From NCBI GenBank assembly GCA_002772815.1, contig PFDQ01000022.1:1-40824 (forward strand): a stretch of 40,824 nt of DNA, read 5' to 3'. Both the position numbers and the translations under genes were made by a program. The notes below the pieces were generated by a model. That model was given only the letters and a program-made list of their open reading frames with translations, was not told where the DNA came from and did not search any database. Below are positions 29,360 through 39,120 of the stretch, one piece after another. The DNA is from Candidatus Peregrinibacteria bacterium CG10_big_fil_rev_8_21_14_0_10_42_8. Its GTDB lineage: Bacteria; Patescibacteriota; Gracilibacteria; Peribacterales; Peribacteraceae. The stretch's first letter is position 1, and each line of letters starts with the position of its first letter.

Positions 29360-31267
29360 ATGACTATTGAATTACCGAAGAAATCAGTTTTATGGAGCGT
29401 TGTAGGCTTGTTCTTTTTCCTCCTATTTATTGTTTATGGACATGCATTAGGGTTTGATTTTGTACATTGGGATGATGGCATCTTAATCTATGAAAACGAA
29501 GCTGTTCGTGGAATAACGCTTCAAAACCTTAAAACTATTTTTACAACGTACGACCCTGAGCTCTACATCCCATTCACGCTCATTTCGTATCAAATTGACT
29601 ATATGATCGGTGGCATTAATCCCACTATATATCACTTCCATAGTCTCATACTTCATGTCCTCAATAGTCTTCTTGTAACGCTACTCCTAAAAAATCTTCT
29701 CAAAAATAACTGGATCGCACTTTTTGCTGGTCTTATTTTTGCATTGCACCCACTCAACGTCGAAGCAGTTGTATGGGCTAGTGCTCGAAAAGATCTTCTT
29801 TCAACCTTATTTTTTTTATTATCACTTCTAGGATATATATCATTTAGGGATGACCAAAAGAAATCGTACTACTACGCTAGCATTGCGTTATTTGCATGTG
29901 CGCTCCTCTCAAAAGTTACAGTCATTGGACTACCTATTCTTTTGCTACTACTCGATTGGAAAGAAAATCGTATATGGGAGAAAGGTATACTTTCTGAAAA
30001 AATTCCATACTTTGTTTTGTCCTTCTTCTTCGGATTTATCGCAATCTTTGGAAAGACAACGGTACTTGGGAGCTCTTCTCTTGAAGAGAAAATTCTTATC
30101 CCTATTAAAAGCATCGTATTTTACCTGGAGAAATTCATCCTCCCGACTAAGCTGTCTGTTTTATACCCTATTGCTAGCGACATTAATCTTCATAATCCAA
30201 TGTTTCTCTTGCCGCTTATTGGGCTTATTGGGCTTGGTATTGGTATAATCTACTCGCTTAAAAAAACAAAGGTGTTCTTCTTTGGTTTTGCGTGGTTCGC
30301 AATTTGCGTAGGCCCTACGCTGCTTAACTTCTTCAAAGGAGACTTCCTCTACTACGCATCAGATAGATACGCATACACAGCAATAATTGGACTCCTGTAT
30401 ATACTTGGCTGGTTTTTTCTTCAAATATCACACAAGAAATGGGTTGCAGGCTTGTGCGTTGCCATGCTCTTTGGATACAGCATTGGTACTATCAGACAAG
30501 CTTCCTCATGGGAAAATACATACACTTTATTCCAGCATGTCATTAAACATTACCCTGATGCTGCAGCTGCTGGATACAATAACGTTGGTAACTACGTCAG
30601 TCTTCAGTACAGGGAAGAAGGAAAGCTCGATGAGGCAATAGAGCTTTACCAAAAGGCTCTCGAGATTAGTCAAAAGCACAGTAGGAATGTTGGTGATACA
30701 AACCCTGGTGTCAGTAAAATCCTTAGCAACCTTGCATCTGCCTATCGACAAAAAGGGGAAATGGCTACATCACTTAAAACATATAAAGAGTCACTTCGTA
30801 TTAACCCCATTAATACCCATGCTCTTCTTGGACTTGGAACATACTACAACCAGCAAGGACAGGCAGAACTTGCAGAGTCTTACTACTACTCTGCTATAGA
30901 AGCTAATCCTCGCTTTGTAACATCATATGTCAATCTTGGCTCTCTCTATGTACAGGCAGGGCGATACAATGATGCTGTTGATATCCTTGAAACTGGTGTG
31001 AGCTACAATCCATTTTACCCACAGGCTCAGTACAACCTTGCAGTTGCTTTGCGTAAAATTGGCCGCAATGCAGAATCACTGGCTCGGCTCGAAACAGCTG
31101 TAAAACTGGAACCGAGCTTTGTCGCTGCTCGTATTAACCTTGGTATTCAGTATGCAGAGAGGCAAAGGATTCAAGAGTCAATAGATCAATTCAAAGCTGT
31201 ACTGCAGTACGATCCGAGCAATGCCCGAGCACGTTCTGCAATACAGCAATTAGAAAACGTTGAATAA
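29360..31267 (+). CDS. TMTC-like GT-C glycosyltransferase with C-terminal TPR repeats
   Basis: FVHWDD acidic motif, HPLNVEAVVWASARKD, LLSK, SDRYAY, multi-TM region then TPRs. Start refined to ATG 29360. Confidence 0.85.
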   Translation: MTIELPKKSVLWSVVGLFFFLLFIVYGHALGFDFVHWDDGILIYENEAVRGITLQNLKTIFTTYDPELYIPFTLISYQIDYMIGGINPTIYHFHSLILHVLNSLLVTLLLKNLLKNNWIALFAGLIFALHPLNVEAVVWASARKDLLSTLFFLLSLLGYISFRDDQKKSYYYASIALFACALLSKVTVIGLPILLLLLDWKENRIWEKGILSEKIPYFVLSFFFGFIAIFGKTTVLGSSSLEEKILIPIKSIVFYLEKFILPTKLSVLYPIASDINLHNPMFLLPLIGLIGLGIGIIYSLKKTKVFFFGFAWFAICVGPTLLNFFKGDFLYYASDRYAYTAIIGLLYILGWFFLQISHKKWVAGLCVAMLFGYSIGTIRQASSWENTYTLFQHVIKHYPDAAAAGYNNVGNYVSLQYREEGKLDEAIELYQKALEISQKHSRNVGDTNPGVSKILSNLASAYRQKGEMATSLKTYKESLRINPINTHALLGLGTYYNQQGQAELAESYYYSAIEANPRFVTSYVNLGSLYVQAGRYNDAVDILETGVSYNPFYPQAQYNLAVALRKIGRNAESLARLETAVKLEPSFVAARINLGIQYAERQRIQESIDQFKAVLQYDPSNARARSAIQQLENVE

Positions 31268-31271
31268 CGTA

Positions 31272-31874
31272 TTACTGAAGTTCAACCTTCAATTCAATGA
31301 GAATCTCTGCATTTGGTGCCTTTATGCTATCTGCAGGTCCTCCAACATTGTATTCAGTCCTGTCTAGTGTGTACTTTGCTTGTACGTAGTCTTCAGTGAT
31401 ATTCATTGTGATAACCACCTCTGTACTGACATCCTTAATCGTAAGCATTCCAGTAACTGCATAACTATCATTATCAAGCATAGTAATATCAGATGACACA
31501 AACGTTGCAGTCCCATACGTTTCTGATTCAAAGAAATCTGGTGATAGTAAATGCTTTGTTAGTCCTTCAGATTCTGTTTCAAGACTATCAATTTGAATTG
31601 TTGCTTCAAGAGAGACAGGCTTTCCTTCTACAAAATTTACACTTGTTGTAAACTCATTGAACTGACACTCGTGTGACACTATTTCTCCTTTTGTACCAGT
31701 AAATGCAATAAAACTTTTCGATACGTTTTCATTGAGGGTTCCTGTAAATGTTGATTCTTCCATTTTTTTATCTTCCGTAGGCACTTCGCGTTCTTCTTCT
31801 GTAATAACAGTCGATGAACATGCAGAAAGTAATATTGCGAGTGCAAACAATGGAATAAGAAGTTTTGATGACAT
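31272..31874 (-). CDS. YceI-like lipoprotein
   Basis: Lipobox LSAC; HLLSPDFF, GMLTIKDV, LDRTEY motifs; start MSSKLL. Confidence 0.88.
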   Translation of the reverse strand: MSSKLLIPLFALAILLSACSSTVITEEEREVPTEDKKMEESTFTGTLNENVSKSFIAFTGTKGEIVSHECQFNEFTTSVNFVEGKPVSLEATIQIDSLETESEGLTKHLLSPDFFESETYGTATFVSSDITMLDNDSYAVTGMLTIKDVSTEVVITMNITEDYVQAKYTLDRTEYNVGGPADSIKAPNAEILIELKVELQ

Positions 31875-32057
31875 AATGTTCGAAAGAATAAAGTAGGAGC
31901 AAAAGTCTAATTTAGACACTCATCCTTTGCAAGATGACAGGCTATCTGTTATATGTCAAAACATTCTATTCAAATCGTTCTCATCCGTAAATGAACTTAT
32001 GCGAGCTATTATTTCCTGAACATACTCGACGTCATATGAAATCGCAAGTTTTGTTTA

Positions 32058-33344
32058 TTATCGTCGCCTTCTTTGTCCACCGCCTGAAGAATTACTCCTT
32101 CCGCTACTAAAGCTTCTTTTTCCAGAAGGACGACCTACCCTTCCTCCCCCACTTCCTCTTCGTGGTGGACGACCACTACTACCAGAGCCACCTTCAAGGG
32201 ATGCTGATGGAACTGATGAATGAGACTTTCGTGGGATTGGCGTACGGATGAGTCTTTCTATATCGCGGATATGACCTGCTTGTGTTGGTGTTGCAAGCGA
32301 AATAGCACGGCCTTCTTTTCCTGCTCTCGCTGTTCGACCAATTCTGTGAACATAGTCTGCTGCATCGTCTGGAAGATCGTAGTTGATGACAAGTGTAATA
32401 TCATCAACGTCAATTCCTCGAGATGCGACGTCTGTCGCTACAAGTATTCTAAATGTTCCATTCTTAAAACCACCAAGAGCACTTCGTCTTTGTCCAAGAG
32501 TTTTATTACCATGAATCTCAACAGCCTTGAAGCGTTCATCGTTCAGTACTTTTGTCACCTTTTTTGCACCATGCTTTGTGCGTGTGAACACGATGACTTT
32601 ACCCTTACTCTCAGTAAGAAGTGTACTCAGCAACTTTTGCTTATCTGGCTGCTTTACAATAATAAGCTCTTGTTCGATCTTTGCTGCTGTTGTCCCCTCT
32701 TGTGCAACTTCAATACGAAGCGGCATGTTCATCTCTGCTGTAGCGAGCTTCACAATGTCCTGTGGCATTGTGGCAGAGAACAATAATGTCTGACGCTGAC
32801 GTGGTATCTGTGAAAGAATTTTATTAATCTGTGGTTTGAAACCCATATCAAGCATTCGATCTGCTTCATCAAGTACTAATACTTCAACTTCTCTCAGTGT
32901 CACTGTCCTCTGGTCTAAGTGGTCATTAAGACGGCCTGGAGTTGCAATAAGAATGCGAGGATTATTCTTTAATGCCTTCTTCTGAAGATGCATAGGAGAT
33001 CCTCCAACAAACACAGCAGTCTTTATACCAAGGACAGATGCATACGGCTTTAGTGCATCATCCACCTGATATGCAAGTTCACGTGTTGGTAGAACAATAA
33101 GTGCTCGCTTCTTCCCTTGTGAGAGATGTTGTAATAACGGAAGTCCAAATGCGAATGTCTTCCCTGTTCCTGTTTGAGCGATACCAATAAGATCTTTCCC
33201 CTGGTTTGCGAGTGGAATTGCTTGATGCTGAATTGGGGTCGGCTTTGTGATACCTCGTGTATTGAGGATCTTTAAGAGTTCGGGGATAACACCCATCTCC
33301 TGAAAGCCAGAAGACTCCGCTGGTTTGTCATTCTCATTATTCAT
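32058..33344 (-). CDS. DEAD-box RNA helicase (RhlE-like)
   Basis: PTPIQ, AQTGTGKT, PTRELA, TPGR, DEAD, SAT, HRIGRTAR, Gly/Arg-rich tail; start refined to MNNEN. Confidence 0.96.
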   Translation of the reverse strand: MNNENDKPAESSGFQEMGVIPELLKILNTRGITKPTPIQHQAIPLANQGKDLIGIAQTGTGKTFAFGLPLLQHLSQGKKRALIVLPTRELAYQVDDALKPYASVLGIKTAVFVGGSPMHLQKKALKNNPRILIATPGRLNDHLDQRTVTLREVEVLVLDEADRMLDMGFKPQINKILSQIPRQRQTLLFSATMPQDIVKLATAEMNMPLRIEVAQEGTTAAKIEQELIIVKQPDKQKLLSTLLTESKGKVIVFTRTKHGAKKVTKVLNDERFKAVEIHGNKTLGQRRSALGGFKNGTFRILVATDVASRGIDVDDITLVINYDLPDDAADYVHRIGRTARAGKEGRAISLATPTQAGHIRDIERLIRTPIPRKSHSSVPSASLEGGSGSSGRPPRRGSGGGRVGRPSGKRSFSSGRSNSSGGGQRRRR

Positions 33345-33464
33345 CCGAACCACTATACCCATCTTTCTTTAAAAAGAAAGCTAATTTTAACTAAATTGTC
33401 TATTTATCGCTTAAATTACTAATTGTTGACATATATAAATAATTTAGTATTATAACATCCTTTT

Positions 33465-36400
33465 ATGTACCGGATTGCTGAAAAAGCACTGGCTGTACTT
33501 CTTGCATTACTCCTCAGTAATGGTGGTATAACCCCTGTTTATGCAGCAGTATCATTTGATGTACGGACTATTGATGGGTCTGGGAATAATACAATTGAGC
33601 CTCTCTGGGGGTCTACTGATACACATCTATTACGGTTAACATCAACCGATTATGCCGATGGCATTTCAGAGCCACGAGGCGGGACAGGAGCCATTAGTGC
33701 ACGGGTAATCTCTAATGAAATTGCAGCACAATCGACTGACATACGAAATACACGAGGTCTTTCTGATATGTTTTGGACATGGGGACAATTTGTCGATCAT
33801 GACATCGACCTCACAGATAATGCCTCGCCAGCTGAAGCCTACAACATCGCAGTTCCAACTGGCGATCCATATTTTGATCCGTTATCTACTGGAACACAGA
33901 CTATTGGATTCAATAGATCTGTTAGTGACTCTGGATCTTCACCGCGTCAGCAACTTAACCAGATTACTGCATATCTGGATGCCTCAAATGTTTATGGGTC
34001 CGATGTGGCCCGTGCGGATACTATTCGTGCATTTAGCGGTGGTCTCCTTCGTGTTAGCAGTGGGAATTTTCTCCCCTTTAACACTTCTGGACTTCCAAAT
34101 GCCATGAGTACATCGTCGATGTTCTTCCTCGCAGGAGATATCCGCGCAAACGAACAACCTGGACTCACTGCACTTCACACCCTATTTGTTCGCGAGCATA
34201 ACCGTATCGCAACTGAGCTACGAGCACTAAACCCACTTCTTACAGATGACGAACTATACGAGACAGCTCGGCTGAAAGTAGGAGCAATAGAACAAGCAAT
34301 TACGTATAATGATTTTCTACCTTCACTCTTTGGTAGTGATATTCTCCCTACATACTCTGGATACAACCCGTCAGTTGATGCAGGAATAGCAAACGAATTT
34401 TCGACAGCTGCCTACCGACTAGGACATAGTATGATCTCCCCTACCCTCCTTCGTCTGGATGGAGAGGGCTTAGAGATTCCTGAGGGGCATGTGTCGCTAC
34501 TCTCTGGGTTCTTTAACCCTGCTATTGTTCAGCAGGCAGATATTGACCCGCTCCTTCGTGGCCTCTCTGCACAAGTCATGCAAGAAGTAGATACACAGGA
34601 AATCGACGCACTACGTAACTTCCTTTTCGGGCCTCCTGGCTCTGGTGGGTTTGATCTAGTCTCACTCAACATCCAACGAGGTCGTGACCACGGACTTGCA
34701 GGCTACAACCAAGCAAGACGAGACCTCGGGCTTACGGCGCACACAAGTTTTTCAGACATAACATCAGATAGCACAATGGCAGCAAAACTTGATGCCGTAT
34801 ACGGAGGTGACCTAGAAGCAATAGACCTATGGGTTGGCGGACTTGCGGAAGACCATCTTGCAGGGTCTAGCCTTGGTGAAACCATTACCACTATTCTTAA
34901 GAATCAATTTACGAGAATTCGTGATGGCGATAGATTTTGGTACGAGAATTACTTCACAGGAAGCGACCTTCTCGAAATTCAGTCGACAACTCTCAAAGAT
35001 GTTATTGAACGAAATACAGATGTTGACGGCCTTCAAGACAATGTCTTCTTTGCCGTCTTTCCTGAAGCAGACCTCTCAGTTAGCTTAGAGGTGAATACTT
35101 TAACACTGAGCGGGTCTCTTATGACAGCAGAAGTACAGGTTGGTAATACTGGTCCTCTCACTGCCAGTGGCATCACAGTGACAATCCCTGTTCCATCTCA
35201 TACGACATTTACATCAACAGGATCGTTTGTAGGATGTAGCGGTGGCTCTGGTACAGACATCATCTGTACTGTCTCCCCTCTTGCATCTGGTGAATCGAGA
35301 AATCTTGATGTGGTCTTCAATCCACTTTCAAGTGGATGCTTTGCAGATATCGATATCTCTGCAACTGTAAGTGCCTTACAGCAAGATAGTTATACTGCAA
35401 ACAACTCAGCAAGTAGCCAAACATACTATGCTTGCCCAGGTCCAAACGACATCGACCTGAGCATCGAGATTGGATCTTCTGTTTCTGCCGAGCGCAGTGG
35501 TTCATTTAGCGCAATGGCAACAGTAACAAATAATGGACCTGCATTTGCAACAGGAGCAACCATGACTATTAGTATTCCAGCTGGGCTTGATGTTAATAGT
35601 ATCAATGCAGCAGAGTGCTTGGCAGCAGGAAATACTATGACGTGTAGTGGCCTTGATATTGCATATGGTGATACATTCTCAGTTGAGATCGAACTCAACA
35701 TTCCAGAGTCCTTCACATGTCCTTCATCTGTGACTATTGAAGCATTAGCACTGGTAGGTCAGCAACAAGATTACTTTAGTGGAAATGACTCGTCAGAAGC
35801 AGTTACCATCATTGAATGCGAGCCAGAGAACGACTTAAGCATTTCCCTAACTGGAAACAGTACTTCATATACAGCAACTGTTAGCAATAATGGTCCTGCA
35901 ACAGCTGTATCTCCTGTCGTCTCTACAACACTGCCGTCAGGAGTACGCTTTAGTACTTCTGGTAGCTCTAGTGGATGTGTACAAAATGGATCTATTATCA
36001 ACTGTAGCATATCACCACTTCATGATGGAGAATTAGCGTCTGTCACTATTCTCTTCATAGCACTTCCCACACTTTCTTGTGGGACGAATATCGCGGTTGA
36101 GTCCACTGTATCATCTACGGAAAAAGAGCTAAATGAATCTGATAATACCGCATCTGCACACACTGAACTTATCTGTGATAACTTCTCAGGGAATGATGAC
36201 AGTGCTAGCCATAGAGATCCTCTCAACCGAGATACTGTTGGTCGATCAACTTCACATGGCTCTACAAGAGGAAAAGGAGCAAAAGAAGCACTTCTTGCTC
36301 TGTCACTTCTTGGTCGTATGAATGGCATGCATACGACAGTCTCGTATACAGGGCACTTCCGTATGGCAAATAATGCGGCACCTGTTAAAAATGTTTCTGG

Positions 36401-36614
36401 CGTTGCATCAGACAGAACAGTCATCATTGATGGATATACTGAACAAGAGCGTCACATCATCTGCGGAATGAAGAGGTACATCGAAGAGCAAGATCCGCGT
36501 GGCCGAAAGACTCCAGGGTTTAGGCAGTGGCTTGCAGAAAGAATTGCTCATGAACTACATCGCACTACAGAAGAAGTAACGATGACAATGACAAGCAATA
36601 GTGTGTGTCAGTAA
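33465..36614 (+). CDS. Secreted animal-type haem peroxidase with three DUF11-like repeats
   Basis: Signal peptide; RTIDGSGNN, WGQFVDHD (distal His), GDIRANE, YRLGHS (proximal His), NIQRGRDHG, GDRFWYE; three DLS...N-x-GP...N Ig-like repeats; unassigned C-terminal region. Confidence 0.92.
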   Translation: MYRIAEKALAVLLALLLSNGGITPVYAAVSFDVRTIDGSGNNTIEPLWGSTDTHLLRLTSTDYADGISEPRGGTGAISARVISNEIAAQSTDIRNTRGLSDMFWTWGQFVDHDIDLTDNASPAEAYNIAVPTGDPYFDPLSTGTQTIGFNRSVSDSGSSPRQQLNQITAYLDASNVYGSDVARADTIRAFSGGLLRVSSGNFLPFNTSGLPNAMSTSSMFFLAGDIRANEQPGLTALHTLFVREHNRIATELRALNPLLTDDELYETARLKVGAIEQAITYNDFLPSLFGSDILPTYSGYNPSVDAGIANEFSTAAYRLGHSMISPTLLRLDGEGLEIPEGHVSLLSGFFNPAIVQQADIDPLLRGLSAQVMQEVDTQEIDALRNFLFGPPGSGGFDLVSLNIQRGRDHGLAGYNQARRDLGLTAHTSFSDITSDSTMAAKLDAVYGGDLEAIDLWVGGLAEDHLAGSSLGETITTILKNQFTRIRDGDRFWYENYFTGSDLLEIQSTTLKDVIERNTDVDGLQDNVFFAVFPEADLSVSLEVNTLTLSGSLMTAEVQVGNTGPLTASGITVTIPVPSHTTFTSTGSFVGCSGGSGTDIICTVSPLASGESRNLDVVFNPLSSGCFADIDISATVSALQQDSYTANNSASSQTYYACPGPNDIDLSIEIGSSVSAERSGSFSAMATVTNNGPAFATGATMTISIPAGLDVNSINAAECLAAGNTMTCSGLDIAYGDTFSVEIELNIPESFTCPSSVTIEALALVGQQQDYFSGNDSSEAVTIIECEPENDLSISLTGNSTSYTATVSNNGPATAVSPVVSTTLPSGVRFSTSGSSSGCVQNGSIINCSISPLHDGELASVTILFIALPTLSCGTNIAVESTVSSTEKELNESDNTASAHTELICDNFSGNDDSASHRDPLNRDTVGRSTSHGSTRGKGAKEALLALSLLGRMNGMHTTVSYTGHFRMANNAAPVKNVSGVASDRTVIIDGYTEQERHIICGMKRYIEEQDPRGRKTPGFRQWLAERIAHELHRTTEEVTMTMTSNSVCQ

Positions 36615-36617
36615 TAA

Positions 36618-37943
36618 CTATAATGATGTAAAGAAATCTGTCATTGCCTTTCCTGCACTCTTTGGCCAGTTATGGGGGTAATACTCGCCATCGTACGATG
36701 TATCATTTTCATGGGGACAAAAATGTACAGGGTTATTGGTACACTCTGCATGAGAAACGCACAGTAATGCCTCTGGCGACACGGGAGATGTACTCCAGTT
36801 GCATCCATTTTCCTCTACTCGCATTTCACGATTTCTTACCGATCCACTAAATGGCGAAAGCCTATCATCTGGATTATGAATAATCATTGCTGCACTTGGG
36901 CCTGCGCAATCTGTAATAATAGAGGAACTTCCTACACTCGCTGAAGCACGGATAACGTCTCCTCGAACACAAGCCAAAGAATTACTAAACCATCCCCCAA
37001 GAGAATGCCCAGCAACAAAAATGCGATCCATATCAATGCAATACTGTTCTGATAACTGCTCTATGAGAGCATCAACAAAAGATAAGTCGCCTTCGATGGA
37101 CCAATTAAATGTCCCATTACCATTACTCCGAGCAGCTGGGTACACAACAATGGTATCTTTCATTTCTTTATCAAATTTATAGTAAGACCTCACTTGAGTG
37201 TTGCTATTTGTCCGCCCGTGAAATGCAAGAACAAGAGGCACAGGATCGTGTATAATATAACTCTCAGGCACCGTCAGGAGATACGAACGCTCCTCACCAC
37301 TAACATTTACCGTGCTACCGAGTGCAGGCTTTGCCTTTCCACACCCCTCAGAAAATCTTGGAATAACACTCTCTTCATCGTATTGCAAAATACGCCACAA
37401 AACATCTGCTGCACGCAGTCGTGTAAGCTCCTCCCAAGGAATATAACTATGTGCGGGAAGAATATCTGCACTATTGAGATTATCAACATATGGTGCATAC
37501 CACTGTTCTCCTTCTGCATCGTCAATCTCCCTACCATACGCACCAAGGATGATTTTTATCGCCTCAGCAAAATTAACCGTTCGATCTGGCTTGTAGGTTC
37601 CATCAGGATATCCATCGATAATACCTCTTCTCTTTGCTGCACACACATACGGCGCATACCATTCATCAGGATTAATATCGGAAAAACATCGTCTATCCGC
37701 AGCTGTTACATTACGGCCTTTAAATACAATCTTTAAAAGCTCTGCTCTGTTAATCGCTGTATCTGGCCTAAATGTTCCGTCTGGATATCCTCCAATAATT
37801 TGCCTGCTTTGCAATCCTTCTACTGCTTTGCTATATCCAAACCACTGATCCTGCATATCTGGAAACGATGCAGCACATACCATCACTGGTTGTATACATA
37901 CTGCTGCCGCTAGAACACTCGCCGCAAATCTAAAAAGAGACAT
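36618..37943 (-). CDS. SLH-anchored alpha/beta hydrolase (PHB depolymerase/CE1-esterase-like)
   Basis: Signal peptide, SLH repeats (GYPDGTFRPD...INRAE), LVLAFHG, GHSLGG nucleophile elbow, HNPDD, HNWP. Confidence 0.88.
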   Translation of the reverse strand: MSLFRFAASVLAAAVCIQPVMVCAASFPDMQDQWFGYSKAVEGLQSRQIIGGYPDGTFRPDTAINRAELLKIVFKGRNVTAADRRCFSDINPDEWYAPYVCAAKRRGIIDGYPDGTYKPDRTVNFAEAIKIILGAYGREIDDAEGEQWYAPYVDNLNSADILPAHSYIPWEELTRLRAADVLWRILQYDEESVIPRFSEGCGKAKPALGSTVNVSGEERSYLLTVPESYIIHDPVPLVLAFHGRTNSNTQVRSYYKFDKEMKDTIVVYPAARSNGNGTFNWSIEGDLSFVDALIEQLSEQYCIDMDRIFVAGHSLGGWFSNSLACVRGDVIRASASVGSSSIITDCAGPSAAMIIHNPDDRLSPFSGSVRNREMRVEENGCNWSTSPVSPEALLCVSHAECTNNPVHFCPHENDTSYDGEYYPHNWPKSAGKAMTDFFTSL

Positions 37944-37969
37944 ACAGAAAGTATACCAGAAACGATGTA

Positions 37970-38109
37970 CTATTTCTTATATACCCCCCAAGCAGACCAC
38001 AGTGCGGCAAGAGTTGCTACGAAGTTGAGTTGCTTATTAACGCTGTTACGAGGAATAACAAAGCGATTATTGCTTCGATACAAATTGAAATGAGCTGTAA
38101 GTAATTCAT
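37970..38109 (-). pseudogene. Possible frameshifted small membrane protein
   Basis: MNYLQLISICIEAIIALLFLVTALISNSTS* (38109-38017) continues in another frame as NFVATLAALWSAWGVYKK*; TAGAAT 7 nt before the ATG. Confidence 0.45.
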
Positions 38110-38254
38110 ACCTCAAATTCTACCTCATCAGAGGCAAACTGCAATCTTCTCTATTCTGCAAGCCATGTGGCAGCCTGTCATAAATGATCAATTACTATTT
38201 GAAAATATAAATTCCCCTATTGCAAATAGGGAAAATAGAGTAATATATTTTCCT

Positions 38255-38878
38255 ATGAAATACTTTACACAAATAATTGCAGCCACTTTATTTCTTAGTG
38301 CTTGTAGTGCACAACCTGCTTTAGAACCAAAGCAAATTGAGGAAGAGAAACAAGTCGATCAGGAAAATATCCTGCAATCCTCCTCATCATCATCACAAGG
38401 TGAAATAGATATGAAAGAGGTGTCCCCTGAAGTACAAGAATCATCCTCTGCAGGATCATCAGAAAGCCCCCCTGATATGGTTGACCTTCATGAAATGCTC
38501 ATTGACACACTACATAACGAATATCGTTCTCATGCACGTTATCAGGCAGTTTTAGATACATTTGATCGACCATCCCCTTTTCCACTCGTCGATGAACAAT
38601 CAGAAGAAAAGATTCTTGCACTGCAAACGGTTTTGGAGAAATACAACCTTCCTATAGGCAAAAATCCGTACCTTGGGCAAATCATTGCACCTAACCGAAT
38701 TGTACAAGCTTGTAGAAAAGGAAAAGAAGGTGAACTAGAAACAATAGCTCTTTATGAGAAATTTCTTCCTTTAGTTACCGATTTCACTGATGTGCATACT
38801 GTCTTTTCTAAGAATGCAGAAATGTCCCGTAATACATACATACCACTATTCAATAATTGCATAGAAAATGAGTACTAA
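38255..38878 (+). CDS. Lipoprotein with DUF2202-like ferritin-fold domain
   Basis: Lipobox LSAC after MKYF, Ser/Glu linker, then NEYRSHARY...PF...KYNLP...QAC...E...LY...F-x-x-C pattern. Start refined from 38165. Confidence 0.7.
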   Translation: MKYFTQIIAATLFLSACSAQPALEPKQIEEEKQVDQENILQSSSSSSQGEIDMKEVSPEVQESSSAGSSESPPDMVDLHEMLIDTLHNEYRSHARYQAVLDTFDRPSPFPLVDEQSEEKILALQTVLEKYNLPIGKNPYLGQIIAPNRIVQACRKGKEGELETIALYEKFLPLVTDFTDVHTVFSKNAEMSRNTYIPLFNNCIENEY

Positions 38879-38901
38879 GAGGTTATCACTTCAATAACCT
38901 C
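38879..38901. terminator. Hairpin, probable terminator
   Basis: GAGGTTAT-CACTTCA-ATAACCTC immediately after the 38878 stop, followed by GATTTTATT. Confidence 0.55.
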
Positions 38902-38921
38902 GATTTTATTATGTCAATTTA

Positions 38922-39023
38922 ATGGTGGGCTTGAAGGGTTTGAATGCAAACTCTTTGTGGAGAGAAATATATCAATGGTTTGCTGCCTTTAAACCGTACG
39001 CAACACACATAATTAAAGTATAA
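38922..39023 (+). other. 33-codon frame crossing the att fragment, putative detached recombinase C-terminal tail
   Basis: MVGLKGLNANSLWREIYQWFAAFKPYATHIIKV*; begins with the same ATGGTG found in frame at the recombinase end (40733-40738). Confidence 0.5.
38923..38938 (-). mobile_element. tRNA 3'-end fragment, probable att site
   Basis: Minus strand CCCTT-CAAGCCC-A-CCA fits T-stem 3' strand, acceptor 3' strand, discriminator and CCA; the rest of a tRNA is absent. Confidence 0.65.
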
Positions 39024-39030
39024 TTGATCT

Positions 39031-39120
39031 ATGAAAAATGCAGATAAAATTGTAGCAAATGCAAAAAAGAAAATGGGCAATATGACTAAGGCACAGATGG
39101 AAGAGATCTCACAACTAGAA
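39031..39120 (+). pseudogene. ORF interrupted by the IS200-type element
   Basis: TATAAT (39019-39024), 6 nt, ATG; MKNADKIVANAKKKMGNMTKAQMEEISQLE then runs into IS sequence. Confidence 0.5.

Noticed and set aside
31956..32054. Open minus-strand frame after the helicase stop (TKLAISYDVEY...RMF*)
   Set aside because: No start codon and no recognisable motif; at most a gene remnant.
1366..37736. Numerous short antisense or alternate-frame ORFs inside identified genes
   Set aside because: Shadow ORFs of well-supported genes with no independent motifs.
38215..38231. Inverted repeat CCCTATT-GCA-AATAGGG upstream of the ferritin-like gene
   Set aside because: Could be an operator, but it is a single 7-bp repeat with no match to a box I recognise.
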